Shown here: in pieces, positions 12,222 through 25,265 of the stretch
Position numbering within the stretch: position 1 is the stretch's first letter
How the letters are laid out: every line of letters begins with the position of its first letter
DNA from: Perkinsus olseni
Taxonomy: Eukaryota
Direction of reading: 5' to 3'
NCBI GenBank assembly: GCA_013115125.1
Contig: JABANN010000082.1
Span: 1 to 64,000 of the forward strand
Length of the DNA: 64,000 bases
Notes under the pieces: model-generated
Told to the model about the DNA's origin: nothing
The model's database searches: none
The model's input: the letters and a program-made list of their open reading frames with translations, nothing else
Made by a program: the position numbers and the translations under genes

Positions 12222-13943
12222 ATGCTTCCGCCCTCTCATGAATGCTATGCTTCTTCTACGGGCAGTACAATGAGTAGCACCAGCAGTGGCATGGGCAGCA
12301 GGAGTCCGTGTATGCTGCTAACGTCAGAATCCCAGATACCTCATCATGATGGCACTGATGATCTTGAGTACGGTTCTGGAGGGCCAGGCTTCGAGGCAGC
12401 TCCTCCGGCTGCACCTCCCCCCAGGGATTTCTCAGTAGATTGGATAAGAGCGGGTTCCATCTATGCTGTGGTATTCGTCCATACTGCAGTGACAGTACAG
12501 TGGTCAGTGAAGCACATCACTCCACAGGAACTCGAGAAAATACAAGTATTAATACGACAGTTCATGCAGTTTGGGTTGGGCCAGTTCTTCTGCCTCTCTG
12601 GTGCTGCTTGTGGACATAGCAAAGACAATCTCTGGACCTTTCTTCTGAAGAGAACTCAGCGCCTCTTGGTACCCCTGCTGGTCGCCTACCTCCTTGTTGT
12701 TGTGCCCGATGCGTACATCTCTAGGTCGTGGCGGTATGGAGCTGATGAGCAGGCTATTGGCTTCTTTCGCTTCTACTGGTCGACTGTATCAACCTTCCGT
12801 GATGGTGTTGGTTGGTTATGGTTCTTGCCCGCCCTATGGTTCCTCTCCCTCATCAACTACCCTGTTATAGCATGGTTCAACAACCCCCGTCATGCATGGG
12901 CCACCAATGCGCGTTATCTCATCATCACTGCTTTGGTATGCCTCTTTGGTCTCGGTGGGGGTATCCTAGCCTGCTCGATAGGCCCATCATGGACCCGTTG
13001 CCTCTGTGCTATACCGATATGGCTGCCCTATGTCTATACTATCCTCATCCCTGTGGGTAGACGCCTCTTCACCATCGCCTGCAGCCTGCTATTAGTTTGG
13101 GTTATGTTCGCCACTGGTGTAGGAGAGCGTACTGATCTGTGGTCAAACATGACCTTCAGTATACTCTTCTACAACTACTGGTACTTCTACGGCATCATCT
13201 ATACTTTCGGTAACAACACCCAAGAACAGGCTCGCTATTATCCCGCCTTCAGTCGATGGATCATGAATCATCGTCCATACGGCTATACCAACATGCCCGA
13301 GTCCTTTAGACGTTTTATTGGTACCGTAAAGGCTTTTCTGATTATATTATTAGCGGCAATAGGTACACCAACCCATCGAGAGGATGTTGGCTACTATTGG
13401 AGGTTTCCAGTCTATAATACGATCGGCCTGGTCGTATGGTACGTGATTGGGGCATGGTGCTGGTTCTTGTTAGTAGTCTACGCTGCGACTTACACTGATG
13501 GTGGTCTTAATACCGACTTCCCCTCTGCCATGCTTTGCCGGGAGGAATCTTCACGCCGGGGCAAGGTGCTGTCTGATGCTTTGCCACTGGGAGCCGGGAG
13601 AGGCTCACATCCTACTTATATGAGATTGAGGACTCAACCAGAGGCACTGAAGGAGACTAGCGCTCCTATGTTATCGTTGGACCAGGCTAGAGCCGGTCCA
13701 GGTAGAGATGAGGGTAGCTCCTGGACTGAGAGGCTCGCTGGACATGCTCAGAAAGTTGGAATGATCGTGTATCTTTTTCATTGGTTGTTTGCTGATATCC
13801 TCACTGGCTTGTTTGTTGTTCCCTTTGACATGAGTTTCTCTACTGCTTTACCCTTCCTGTACATAGGATGCATCCTATGCTCTTGGTGCATGTATGCTGT
13901 TATCATTCAAGTACCACTCTTACGCATCATATTTGCCGCCTAG
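12222..13943 (+). CDS. Acyltransferase-3 family (MdoC/OpgC-like) multi-pass membrane protein, intronless
   Basis: RDFSVDWIRA...VFVH, FFCLSG, FLLKRTQRLLVP, WLWFLPAL, VYLFHW motifs; about 10 hydrophobic segments in one ORF. Confidence 0.8.
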   Translation: MLPPSHECYASSTGSTMSSTSSGMGSRSPCMLLTSESQIPHHDGTDDLEYGSGGPGFEAAPPAAPPPRDFSVDWIRAGSIYAVVFVHTAVTVQWSVKHITPQELEKIQVLIRQFMQFGLGQFFCLSGAACGHSKDNLWTFLLKRTQRLLVPLLVAYLLVVVPDAYISRSWRYGADEQAIGFFRFYWSTVSTFRDGVGWLWFLPALWFLSLINYPVIAWFNNPRHAWATNARYLIITALVCLFGLGGGILACSIGPSWTRCLCAIPIWLPYVYTILIPVGRRLFTIACSLLLVWVMFATGVGERTDLWSNMTFSILFYNYWYFYGIIYTFGNNTQEQARYYPAFSRWIMNHRPYGYTNMPESFRRFIGTVKAFLIILLAAIGTPTHREDVGYYWRFPVYNTIGLVVWYVIGAWCWFLLVVYAATYTDGGLNTDFPSAMLCREESSRRGKVLSDALPLGAGRGSHPTYMRLRTQPEALKETSAPMLSLDQARAGPGRDEGSSWTERLAGHAQKVGMIVYLFHWLFADILTGLFVVPFDMSFSTALPFLYIGCILCSWCMYAVIIQVPLLRIIFAA

Positions 13944-14026
13944 TAATAATAACAATACTCATATTAAGGCCACCCATCATCGGCTATAATATTGTGTATA
14001 TAATCATCACACTTTGGCAGTCGAGG

Positions 14027-14059
<33 letters not shown>

Positions 14060-14060
14060 T
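14027..14060. repeat. (CAT)n microsatellite
   Basis: About 11 tandem cat units seen directly. Confidence 0.9.
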
Positions 14061-14344
14061 ATCTTCCGATTCCGCTATGATCATCTACAGTCTCGCCTGA
14101 TGCGGCCGTGGTGTTACCTGATGCGCGTGCTGTTGTTATCCTTTGAGACGGGATTATCTTATTGAAGGAGCTTCACCACCGCCACTACGATGATGATGAT
14201 GACGTTAGTATGGTACTAGTAGATACTCTCTCAGTATCCTCTTGAAGGGGCTACCTTGTGTTGTTGTGTAAGGTCTTTGTGGCACAAAGTTCGTGCGGGT
14301 CAACCCGGCTCTGGCTCAGGACTGCTGCTTACCGCTTCCGTCGA

Positions 14345-16180
14345 ATGTCATTGCTTGATACACGTTCCAGTATACATCACCATCGTCAAAAGCAGCAGCA
14401 GCAGTTCCCTATGGAGCTAATGGCACTGGTTGGGGAGGGCATTTATGGGAAAGTTTACAAAGCCCGGTGGCATCGTCGTTCTGTAGACGACGGCGATGAC
14501 GATGATGATTCTGTACTACTCCAACGTCATTATAGTCATCTACCCTATCCTCCTATTGTTAGATGAGTGAGAGGATTTGTGCTGTGAAGACGATCAAGTT
14601 GCGAGATGAATCGGAAGGTGGCGAGCATCAGCAGCATCCGATAGGCTTGTTTCTCGCCCTTCACAGGCATCCCTGCATCTGTCCTTCGGGAAGTAGGCCT
14701 CCTCCAGGCACTACATCACCCCAACATTGTGGAGTATGTATCATGCCATTATTATAATCCTTCCCAATTGCTGACTTCTCATTTCCAGACTACGCGGATT
14801 CACGGTAGACCTGAAAGCCTCCACCATATACTTGGTCTTTGATTTTTACCAACAAGATCTTGCTCGCTTTATAAACCTCTCAACAGGAGGTAATACCCAC
14901 CAGTGTCCTACACTCCTGCGATGATAGTTTCTGTTAGGGGAGGGTGACCTCGAGGACAGCTTAGTTGAGCATATTTCACATGGAGTTCTGGAAGGCGTTG
15001 CTTACCTGCACTCCCACAAGGTATCATGGGTCGGCTACCCTCGACCGTAATCCTAGGAAACCGAGGTGACACCAGACAGAACACTGTTATTAACACTGTT
15101 CTGTGGCGCCCGCATTCAGTGTATTGGCACTGAGGCTGGGCTCACGAATCGGGCCGCTATGATAATGACGGTTGCTCACGGAATTACCAAGGGCAATGTG
15201 AACCAAAAACATACTCAGCGGAGCCACAGAGGAGTCTTCGATGCTGCAGCCTCTCCCAAGCACCACCCAATACTACGCTACTGCTCGATACTACAGATAC
15301 TCCACAGAGACCTCAAGCCGCATAATATACTCCTCAATTGGGACTGCAGTGACATTAAGATAGCTGACTTCGGTCTGGCTAGGGAGATAGGCATCCCTAC
15401 CGGCCCTCTAGCGGTTGATGTAAGGAGCCCTCCCAGGTTGGCCCGAGCATCATCCAGTGTGTTAGGTTGTGACGCTGTGGTACAGAGCTCCTGAAGCTCT
15501 TCTCGGCTCAACAGCTTACGGTGAACCACTCGATGTCTGGAGTATTGGTTGCATCATATTAGAGATGCTACGTGGGAAGGCCTTCGTGACAGGTGATGAT
15601 AATGATGGCAGTGAGGATGATGGTGATATCACCACAGGGATCATCCATCTCAGGCTCTTCCCCTGAGGATCAGATATGCAAGATATTTGCTATTCTCGGT
15701 GCCCCAGATGACACCACCTGGCCTGAGGCTGACACCCTACCGCTGTGGAGGTATGGGGGGGGGCTCCCGCAGCGATGCCTGCCCACCTGTATGACTATAG
15801 GTCCCATATGAGGCTTGTATCGAGAGTAGTACCCCTCTCTGATGTCGTACCCGAAGAAGCCTCTCCTGCTGCAGTGAGCTTGGCGGGTGCAATGCTGAAG
15901 TAAGCTTGCGGCTGCTACCTGTAGCGTTGTAGCTTTCGTGGCACTCCAATCCTTCGTCAAAGTCATTATTGCTAACTCACCTAGTGTTGACCCTTAGCAG
16001 GACGATGTCAGTATCACTGGCATATGATAGCTGCTTTCCGTGCCACATGATTTCAGGGTTTGCCCTAGCCATCGCATCACCTGTGAAGAAGGGCTTGCTG
16101 CCCCGTACTTCCAGGACCATCTGCAAGACCTCTGCAGCAGCAGCAGCAGCAGCTGTGGTGACTACCCTACGTTAAGTTGA
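14345..16180 (+). CDS. Cyclin-dependent kinase-like protein (CMGC), multi-exon
   Basis: [75 protein letters not shown], ...[13 protein letters not shown], reconstructed across GT-AG introns. Confidence 0.9.
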
Positions 16181-16796
16181 ACATAATGCTACTACCCCTA
16201 CCACTTGATGATTGCTTACTACTCCTGCTATCCTCGGGCCTAATGTGGCCGAGGTCTTATTGCTTGTATGGGTTTGTGAGAAGCCTTCAATGATCGCCAT
16301 CATTGCTTCCCTTTTTTAAGCATTCATAGAATCTCGACTCGATGATGATGATGTCATCATCTACTTGTCTACAGTGTCACTGGATTATAACCTCAACGTA
16401 CCATTCATAACTACCCCGTAACCATCGCTGCTAACTCCTCTTCTTGGGCTCCGCACTCCAGCTGCCTTACACAACCTACTCAATAGCTGTACTCCTTCAC
16501 GTAGACAACATGAGCGCCGCCGGCGGAGGCGGCTACTATGACTGTTGTTCCCTGCCGCCGCCGCCCCCGCCTTCCCCCAGTAGTGGCCTGTTCTGCTATT
16601 ATTATTATAACTGATTTACGTATGTTCCACCACCAGACTAGTAGTACTAGCTCGTTGAATGGTCATCATCATCATCGTTGTTGTTGTTGTTCTTCCTCTG
16701 CTCCACCTAGTCGTATCGATCTCTACCCTCATCTCTTGTGTCTCGAGTGGCCATTATTCTATTGCCTCTACCCGATCAGTCGTCATTCCATTATTA

Positions 16797-18422
16797 TGTC
16801 GACTTCTCTCTGCCGCGAAGAGCGCCAAATGGCAGCGGCTAATAATGGTGCCAGGATCATACCTCATGAAGATCATACACAACAGCAGCAGCAGCAGCAG
16901 CAGCAAAAGGCTGGTGACTGCCTTGTCCAGCATCCTACTATAACCTCGCCACAATGGCTGGTTATAAGGCTAACCCCCGAGTTTCTCAACACAGACAGTA
17001 GTGGTACTGTTAGCTGCGGAAAGTTCCAGATAAAGTGGGTATGGGCGGAGTCCGCGGTTACAGTTATTTCCTCACTGCCCTCAGCTTGTCCTGGAGAGAC
17101 AAGACGCCAATACGTAAACTCTTCACCTTCCTCCGCCGGCGGAGGAGAACGGGCAAGCAACAGAGAAATGGTCAAGCATCATGCACGGGAGCTGTGGCCA
17201 TCAGTTACGCCGCAACGGCAGCAGCAGCAGCAGCAGTTGTACCTGCGGTGGGGTGGTCATATAATGGCCACTGAGGCCATGGACCAAGCTGAGACTGCCC
17301 TTCAGGATGCCCTTGCCGGTAGTACGGCAAGCCTCTAGACTTGCTTATGTGATGCTATGATGCTAGGGGAGTTTGCGAAAGCGGTGACCACTCCCATTGA
17401 GAGGAAGTCGTCATCTAATGCTGATGATACCGCTGTCATCTGTGTCATATCGTACGGGTACATGAATAAGTTAGAGTGAGGCAGCTCGAAGAGCCAGTAT
17501 CATAGCATCACCTCTGCTTGCTGTAGGCATGTAGCGGTCCAGACAACCGTCGATACAGTGAAGTCCATAGCGGTCGAAGCAACCCCATCCACAGCTGTCA
17601 AAGCTACGATGACTTCCTCGATGGTAACGGCATAGTCATTCTCTTGAATCATAGCCGTTCGCTCTCAGGGGACCGCCAGAGGGGTGCAAGCTGGAGATGG
17701 CGGCCGTATCGTGCACGCCGGAGCTGCAGGCTGCACTCGATCCAGTGGGGTCGTCGAAGATAACCCAGCTCCCAAGAGGAAGTCTAGAGGGAAGAAGAGT
17801 AACGATCGTGTGCAGGCAGACGAGGCCCCGCAGAAACGGAAGCGACGATCGAAGAAGGGATGTGGCAAGGGGACGAAGAAAAGGAGAACTGAAGACAATT
17901 CCGAGGTCGAGTTGGACCCACATGCCGCTGAGACAAGCAATAACAGCACTGCCGATATCGGCCAACCTGAGGGGAATCCTATCGGAGAGGCTTCCCCGGC
18001 CACCCAGGAGATGAAGCCATCATCGATAGGGGGTTCAGATGGAGCAGCTCAGCATAACGATAGCGGCAGCTCTCTGAAGGGCCCCTCTGACGCCATGGCA
18101 GAGGGGTTATCGAAGGGTACTCCAACGACAGATCCTGATAAAGTCGAGCGACTCTGCGTTGATGATAATCATACATCAGGGATCATCCAACAGGGACCAG
18201 CGCACCCGATTGTCGATACAACCGCTACTATCGGCAATTTAGTAGCACACATTCCTGAGGATGATCCGATAGAAGTCGATTACGGTGATGATACCTCCAA
18301 CCTCGGTGACGCTGATGACGATGCATCAGTGGTCTTTGAGGTGAGGCTCACGGACACCGGACTCCCTTCGGGTAGTGGCAACGTGCAGGAACCACCCACT
18401 GGAGGAGATTTGTTTGACGACA

Positions 18423-18464
<42 letters not shown>

Positions 18465-18846
18465 CACTGATGGAAGAGCGTGACGTTGGAGAGGCTGCTG
18501 AACATGACATCAATCGGCCACCAGTGGTGCTTCGGCCCAAGCCCAGACCGTTGTCATTGTCCAGTATAATTAATGATTGTATGCCATTGGACGACGGTGA
18601 TAGGTAGGGCTCTAGTTTTGGACACGCAAAGACACTATGCCACTCAGAGCAGAGATGGAGGGTTCACCACCCATAACTGCCGGTGACTTGGAAGGGGTTG
18701 TCATCACTCCGTCCGAGCGTCCACCCCCAAGCACGCATGTGACACCAAATGATTGTATCACCACTGGAATGCAACATGAAGCGGGCGGAGCGACTAATTG
18801 CACTCGGAATAATAAGCGTAAAAGTAGTTTTATTGACTTATGGTGA
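16797..18846 (+). CDS. Hypothetical low-complexity protein (multi-exon)
   Basis: Long ORFs 16538, 17684 and 18637 separated by intron-like gaps; basic NLS-like KRKRRSKK and poly-Asp. Confidence 0.45.
18423..18463. repeat. (GAT)n microsatellite encoding poly-Asp
   Basis: Tandem gat run seen directly. Confidence 0.9.
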
Positions 18847-19514
18847 GTCCGTCGATCTCAGTGATCGTCAGATCGACAGAAGAGGCTGCGTGAAGATAAC
18901 AGTAGAAGGTCACCGCAGGCAACTCATGAACACTGCTGCAGAGGCGATCCGCACGAAGGAGAGGTCAGCTGCCATTTTCCTTGTCGTTCTCCTAATTGTC
19001 CTTGCATTAGAGGTTACTAATACCGCGATCTTATGTTTCAACAGGGCTGATGAACGATAGTTATTCGAAGGCGAGTCGGCATTACTTGCAAGTTCGAGAA
19101 TCCGTTATCGCTAAGGGAAAATGAATACTTGACAGTACTGCATGTAATGATGCCAGTTCCCACTCTCTTATCTTCATCTCGTCCTTACTCAGTTACCAGC
19201 AAGTCGATCATACCAAAAAGGTTCTGCTATTACTTTGTCTGCGCCTTTGAGACAACGTGATTATCTCTTTCGCCGAGGGAGTAATCCGTTGCTTCGCGGC
19301 TGTCCAAGACTCCCTTATAACAGGTCGATGCTCTAATTGTGGACAATATGCTAGTATACTGTACACTTACAATGGATGATTTCAACTGCATGTCACACTT
19401 TCTAACAATCATAGTAGACTTTAGTTAAGAGCTTCAGTTCTGACTCGTCGAGACTCAACATCATTCTCTTCGCAAACAAAAAATTGAAATGAGTAGCACA
19501 TGATACAACGGCCG

Positions 19515-20214
19515 TCATATACTGATCCCAATCCTCTCATTCCAATGCTGAGGAATCAACTCGGAAACCTGTGAATAACACGGGGATGGGAGCACTACGG
19601 CGGGAACCTCACCTCTCGTGTGCTTATCGTTACGACATTATGTTGGGTGTGATCCTTGGGGTCGAGACAGCCAGCACATACACACATCTTATCAAGCCCG
19701 ACGACCTTCGTCGACACTACCCACTGAACCCTTCCCACAAAGGATGATGCCCTTTAGAAATGGTGCTCGTGAAGTCTCACTTATTTTCGGCATCATTCAC
19801 GAGACTTAAGCATGTTATGCATCCCCTCTGTAACTTGAAGCACATCTCCGCCTGCTCGGAGCCAGCGAACCTCACTTCCTTCGCTTCCAGCTGCCAAAAC
19901 ATCTCAGTGAATGACGCTACTAGAACAACATCGACTCACTCTCTTGGCCAGCTCTTTGAGAGAGATATTCTCAGACTGCGCAATTGTCACGAGAAACAGT
20001 CTATTCTTATTCTTCTTATCGTAGAGAAATAGATTGTGTGTATCGTGTCCGAGTGGACGGTCGTCATCTCCGGCCCCTGGCAAATGAGTGTACACGGCTA
20101 GGAGTTCCCTCCCCTACGGCCGATTGGGTCCTTGACGGGTTGGTATCCCCGTTGTAACAAAGTAGGCCACAACTTAGACTCGGCAGTGTATCCATGCTGT
20201 CCTGCAATCGCCAT
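19515..20214 (-). CDS. YbaK/ProX-family aminoacyl-tRNA deacylase-like protein (PRORSD1-like), multi-exon
   Basis: Spliced product GHDTHNLFLYDKKNKNRLFLVTIAQSENISLKELAKR|LEAKEVRFAGSEQ...GCITCLSLVND|VQWVV resembles the ProX NLFLKDKK...L.FAS...ALVND pattern. Confidence 0.7.
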
Positions 20215-20370
20215 AGAGGCATTCACACTACAGATGCACTACCAGTCCCTCCAGTCGCCTACTACAGAACGCGAGTGGCAGCAGCAAGGAGAGCACACAC
20301 CGTTGACACAAAAGTCATGATAAGAGAACCTCTCTCGACTATCAAGAGGTATGGGTGTGAGGCCATGTGA

Positions 20371-21539
20371 CTAAGAATGTCTTCTTAGCACCTGCCTGGC
20401 ATAGGACTGGGCCTCATTTTCGGCGCGGGAGAGGTAGCTCGAGGGATGCATGAAATAAGCCATGGCGAAGCCAACCAGCAGCAGCTAACAATGATACGCA
20501 TCTATTCTCGTCTAAGCAATGCCCCTTACATCAGCAGGTGGAGCCTCAAGACACTTGGTATCGACGAAGACTTCATCGGTACCGAACTTGGCATCGTAAG
20601 TCGCTGTGAGCAGCCCAGGGATCTTCCATTGACGATCCCAGTCCTGCCACTTATGATTACTGAACTCCACGGGGACCTCAACACCGTTGACGGTCTGAAG
20701 ATGACGGGAATGCTTTCACTCTCGAACAGTCGATCAGGCCACAACATACGAGGGTATAGTAAACTTTCTTGATGGCTGACTTGGCACTCCAAAGTTCCGT
20801 CGTAGCTCCTCCGGAGCCCTCATTTATAGTCACCTCAACCTTCGCTTTCCCTTTCACCTAACACGAGCAGCTACGGCGATAGCCCGTAGTCTAATTATGT
20901 ATTTACCTTCACTTTCAGGTGTGCGAACTCTTCACCTTTCGCGTTTTTAAAACTTGCTTCCCTTTTCGCCTTAAACTTCACCTTCACTTTCAATTCATCA
21001 TCATCATCATCGAAATCGAAGAGATCGTCAAGGGAGAAGTCACTGAGTTGGTCACAAACGTAGACTGACCGATAGCTGTCGAAGTCGCGTACCTATCGTC
21101 TGAGTCTGTCTCCCAGTCCACTTCCTTCTTATAATCCTCATCTAGCTTACCAAGAGCGCATCGCCCCAATACCTGTGAGTTCACTGAGCGACACCGACCC
21201 CACAGAGTCGAATACCTCTCCGCGTTCATCATCATCCCGTACGAAGTTCTCGAGTGTGAAATCGGGATCCTTGTCCCAGAAGCTGCTCAATGACCTATCC
21301 ATCAGCACCGAATTCAGCTGAATTGGGTCATAATGATGGTGACCTTATATACAGCCACAGCTGCTTGTCCATATTATAAACATTATAGCCCTTGGAGAGG
21401 AGGCCTGCCTTCTTAATCTATCAGAGAGTGATGATGACGGTGGTCCCCACCGCAGTGCCCGACCGACCTTGAATGAATGCTCCTGACCAGGCTCGGGGTC
21501 TGGCAGGAGAACATCGGGAGTCGACGCGGTGCAGCCCAT
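20371..21539 (-). CDS. N-acylated (MGC) hypothetical protein, possibly tubby C-terminal/LURP/scramblase-like fold
   Basis: MGCTASTPD... with ~7 short exons; beta-strand-rich body (KKAGLLSKGYNVYN...) and C-terminal hydrophobic helix LLLVGFAMAYF. The fold call is inference. Confidence 0.55.
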
Positions 21540-21789
21540 TGTGGTATTACGAAAAGCTGGATGATGGTGATGGTCAATGATGATGATACTATCGAAATGT
21601 AACAACACTACAAGGGATTGTGATCATCATGTTCATCACGAAACAAATGAAGATAGTCAATTCAATGATGGCAGTCATGCATCATCATCACCAATGAACA
21701 ACAACAACAGCATGAGCAGCAGGATATTGATGACACCGGTTTAATGTACGCCTCGAAATTTCATGAACAACAACAGCATCAGCAGTAGG

Positions 21790-24695
21790 CGTCATTCCCT
21801 AGCTTCTGCCCGTCGATGCTCGGCTGTAGGAGAAGTGATGGGATGATAATCCTCCACCCCATCCTTCTGATGATGGTGCTGCTGGTCGACAACTATCTCG
21901 GGTGGTGGTGGTATCATGCTGGTTGCATGGATATCATCGTGAGCCCCTGATGCTGGTGCCGGTCGGCCAGAATCGGTTGAAGAGAAAAGCTGAGCTCTCT
22001 TAGCTGCTAAAACCTCATCAAGATGACGCAGATGTGCCCTGCGATAATGGTAATGAGCACCATGGCTGCCATGCTGTTATTGCTGCTGTTGTCGTTCTAC
22101 TTCACATGTTGCAGTTGTTGATGTCTCTGATGTATCCTCTCCCTCTGCATCTCCGCCTTCTCCCTCTTCCTCTCCTTTCTAATACGACGACGATCTGTCT
22201 CAGCTGCCTGTGGACAACTGCCGTGTATTGCTCATCATGTGCTGCCGATCACCACCTCGTATTGTTGTAGCATGGAAGTCGACGACGACGACGATGATGA
22301 TGATGGCGACGAGGATACCGGAAGTCTGAGGGATGGGACCTGACAGATCGTGCTGCTCAAGCAGTACTCTCACGAATGATCGTAATGGGCATAGAAAACT
22401 ACCACTCCCCACGAGAAGCGACAGGATAGTCGTAAGAAGACGAGACGGTAATGTGGTGCCAGTCCGGGTTGAGTCCCGTGTCGGACCGTAGACGGCGTTA
22501 TGGGCGTGCGCGGGTAGGTAGGCTCAACAACAACAATAATGATGATACCTGTATCTGAGGGTCCTTCACTGGGGATTTAGGATGGAGAGACTCTGCAGCG
22601 TCCGGCATTGGATGAGCAGCAGCACCCTCAGCAGGTGGAGGAGGAGCAGGAGGCGCCATAACATCCACTGGCCTGTGAGATGGACAGTGCTGCATCGCTA
22701 CGATGATGAGGTTAGGACCACCCATCCATGAGGTCCCAGATCGGCACTTCTCCCTTCCCAGCGCCAATGATACTATTGGCGATACTCTGCCGACGGGCGG
22801 GGACACGTTGATGGGGATGCCCTCTCGGGTGCTGCTGCTCTCGACAAGAGCAGCCCCATCTACACCCACTACCACCACAGCCCCTTGATGGCAACAGCAG
22901 CCCCTCCTATTATTAACGAATCGGGAGGGGAGGGCCTGGCTGCTGCTGCTGCTGCTGCTGACATGCTACCTCTAAGCGGGGGGAGAGCGACTCCTGATCT
23001 CCATCCTCAGTGAACCGAAGGCTTGAGCCACTTCTAGCGGCAGTGAACCCAGGGGGGCATGCTCGAGAGCCAGCATGATGATGATGACTGGACGGGTGAT
23101 GCTGTTGGTGTCGAAAGGGACAGCAAGATGAGCACACATCACTCGAGACGCCGGAGGGGTGACGGTGGCAGTACACAGGGGGAGGGTCATCATCAGCAAC
23201 AGCCTCCTCCGTGATATCAGAGGACACTGTTGATGACGATGAAGGGAAGTGGCAGCAACAGCAGCCTTCTCCTCCGTCACCAGTAGTAATACTATGATCG
23301 CTGTATTGCTGTAATCGTGCAGCTGCTGTATTGATAAGATCGGACAAGCTGATGATGAATAAAGTTAGCGAGTCGATATAGACGCAGTAGCATGACGATG
23401 ATGATGCCTTACTCAGTTCTCACACTATCAATACGCTCTTTATAGGACTTCTCACTGAACCACAACGCTCCTGGATTATTATTATGCTGCTGCTGCCGGT
23501 GGTCCCTTACAAAGTATCCATCCTATCACACAGCCGTTTCTCCAGTGCATCCAGCATTGGCTGCAGCACATGGGACAGTACCACACCATCACCAGCAGCA
23601 GCAGCAGTCATGATGGGTGGTGCTGAATGATAATCGTTATAGGAAGTTTTGATGGCAACTTTCAGCAGGAGACAGCCATCGACGCTGACTCCTCGTCACC
23701 TTTGTGTGGTAGTTGATTATGATGTTGAGCAGTGGAGTCTAGTGACATGCTCCTCACTACTGTTGATGGTGCAGGTCGTGCTGCTGTTGTTGTGTGGCCT
23801 TGCCCGAGATGATCCTGACCACAGGCTCGACATGAACAACCGTGGGGAGAGGGCACCTCATAGAAGTATCCTGGTGTAGGCAGATGCGGTGATGCTACAG
23901 CGACAGGGCCCTCTCCTAGGGCCGGTGTCCGACGACCACCAATGGAAGAGGCGGGAGAGTAGGATGGGTTGTTAGTTCTCACTAATACCACACCACCAGA
24001 GCCACTACTCAATGTTAACCCATCTATGACAGCCGCAGCTGCTGCTGCGGGTGTTACTGACCTTGATGAAGTTGCCGATATACTCCGTACTACCTGAAGA
24101 CTGTCACCAATGATAGCCTCTTATTGAGACTTAGTGTTACATTGTGTTGTCGGTGGCTGGGAGTGATAGCAGCAGCAGCATGACAGTATTGTTGTGGTGT
24201 CCCCGGCTGTTGTTGTTGCTGTTGCCTACTAGACAACGGGAGTCCTGTTACTCCATCACTAGATGATACTGATAATAGAGATGTGCTAGCCCCCAAGGTG
24301 GTGCTACGTAGGGTGTAGGTAGTAGTAGTGTTCATGATGGGGACACTACTACGACCAGTGGAAGCTGCTGCGGGTGGAGGGACTGCTCCTGTAGTAGCGG
24401 CAGCTGTCATTGTATAGGGCATTCTTGTGGCGTTATCGCTGCTATTGTTAGCACCGTCGCAGATCTGCTGATTACCAGGTGTGGGAGGGTCACCACAAGA
24501 GGAGGAGGACCGTGTCGTTCCTAGTCTGGCTGCACTGCTGCTGCTGCTGGCAGGAGTAGGGTAGGTAGGCGACGTAGGAGTTGGTCGCGTTCCCGTGATG
24601 GCAGCTGTAGTACTAACCCCCCTGCTCCCATTAACCCGGTTGTTGTTCATGACGATGCTGCTACCCGAATATACTTGTTGCATTGGCAACAACAA
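21790..24695 (-). CDS. Hypothetical Ser/Thr/Gln-rich low-complexity protein (multi-exon)
   Basis: Chain of minus-strand ORFs (24090, 23662, 22913, 22498) with intron-like gaps; no recognisable domain. Confidence 0.4.
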
Positions 24696-25265
24696 CGAGA
24701 GGAATAGCGGAGGGGAAGGTCACTCTGCTGTCACCAATCTTACTTTGTCATGAGACTTCCATCAACTCAACAACAACTGCATGATAGCGTATAGCATAGG
24801 AGACCATAGTAGTAATAGTAATGGCAATAGCAATGATAATGATAACAACAATAGCCGAGGCCGCTGGTTGGTGATGACGACACAAAGAACAGCATAATGA
24901 TACTATTGAGGATCATGTCAACAACAACAGCTATTCCTACGAGCATTACTCAACGATAATGAGACTTCTTGCATTACCATCAGCAGAGATGGTATACTTC
25001 ATGATGCTGTGATCGGGCAGGTAGACTATTTCTCCTGCTACTATCACTACATCGTCGGTATTACACTGCTATTACTACGGTCATGGTCACTCCGTTATGC
25101 TAGCGATAACGATCATGATGAGAGTAACTACTACGTTCAAGATGATGCGGCGAATGACGATGATGATGATGACGGGTCACATCATGACATCGAATATGGT
25201 ACGCAATGGTAACAACACAACAGTAAGGAAGAGGAGGAAGATGGGAGGAGGCGTGGTTAGCTGTA

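Noticed and set aside
23021-23040. gcttgagcca resembling the reverse complement of the spliced-leader 3' end
   Set aside because: Only ~9 nt match inside a coding region; no SL RNA gene or relic SL was seen in the window.
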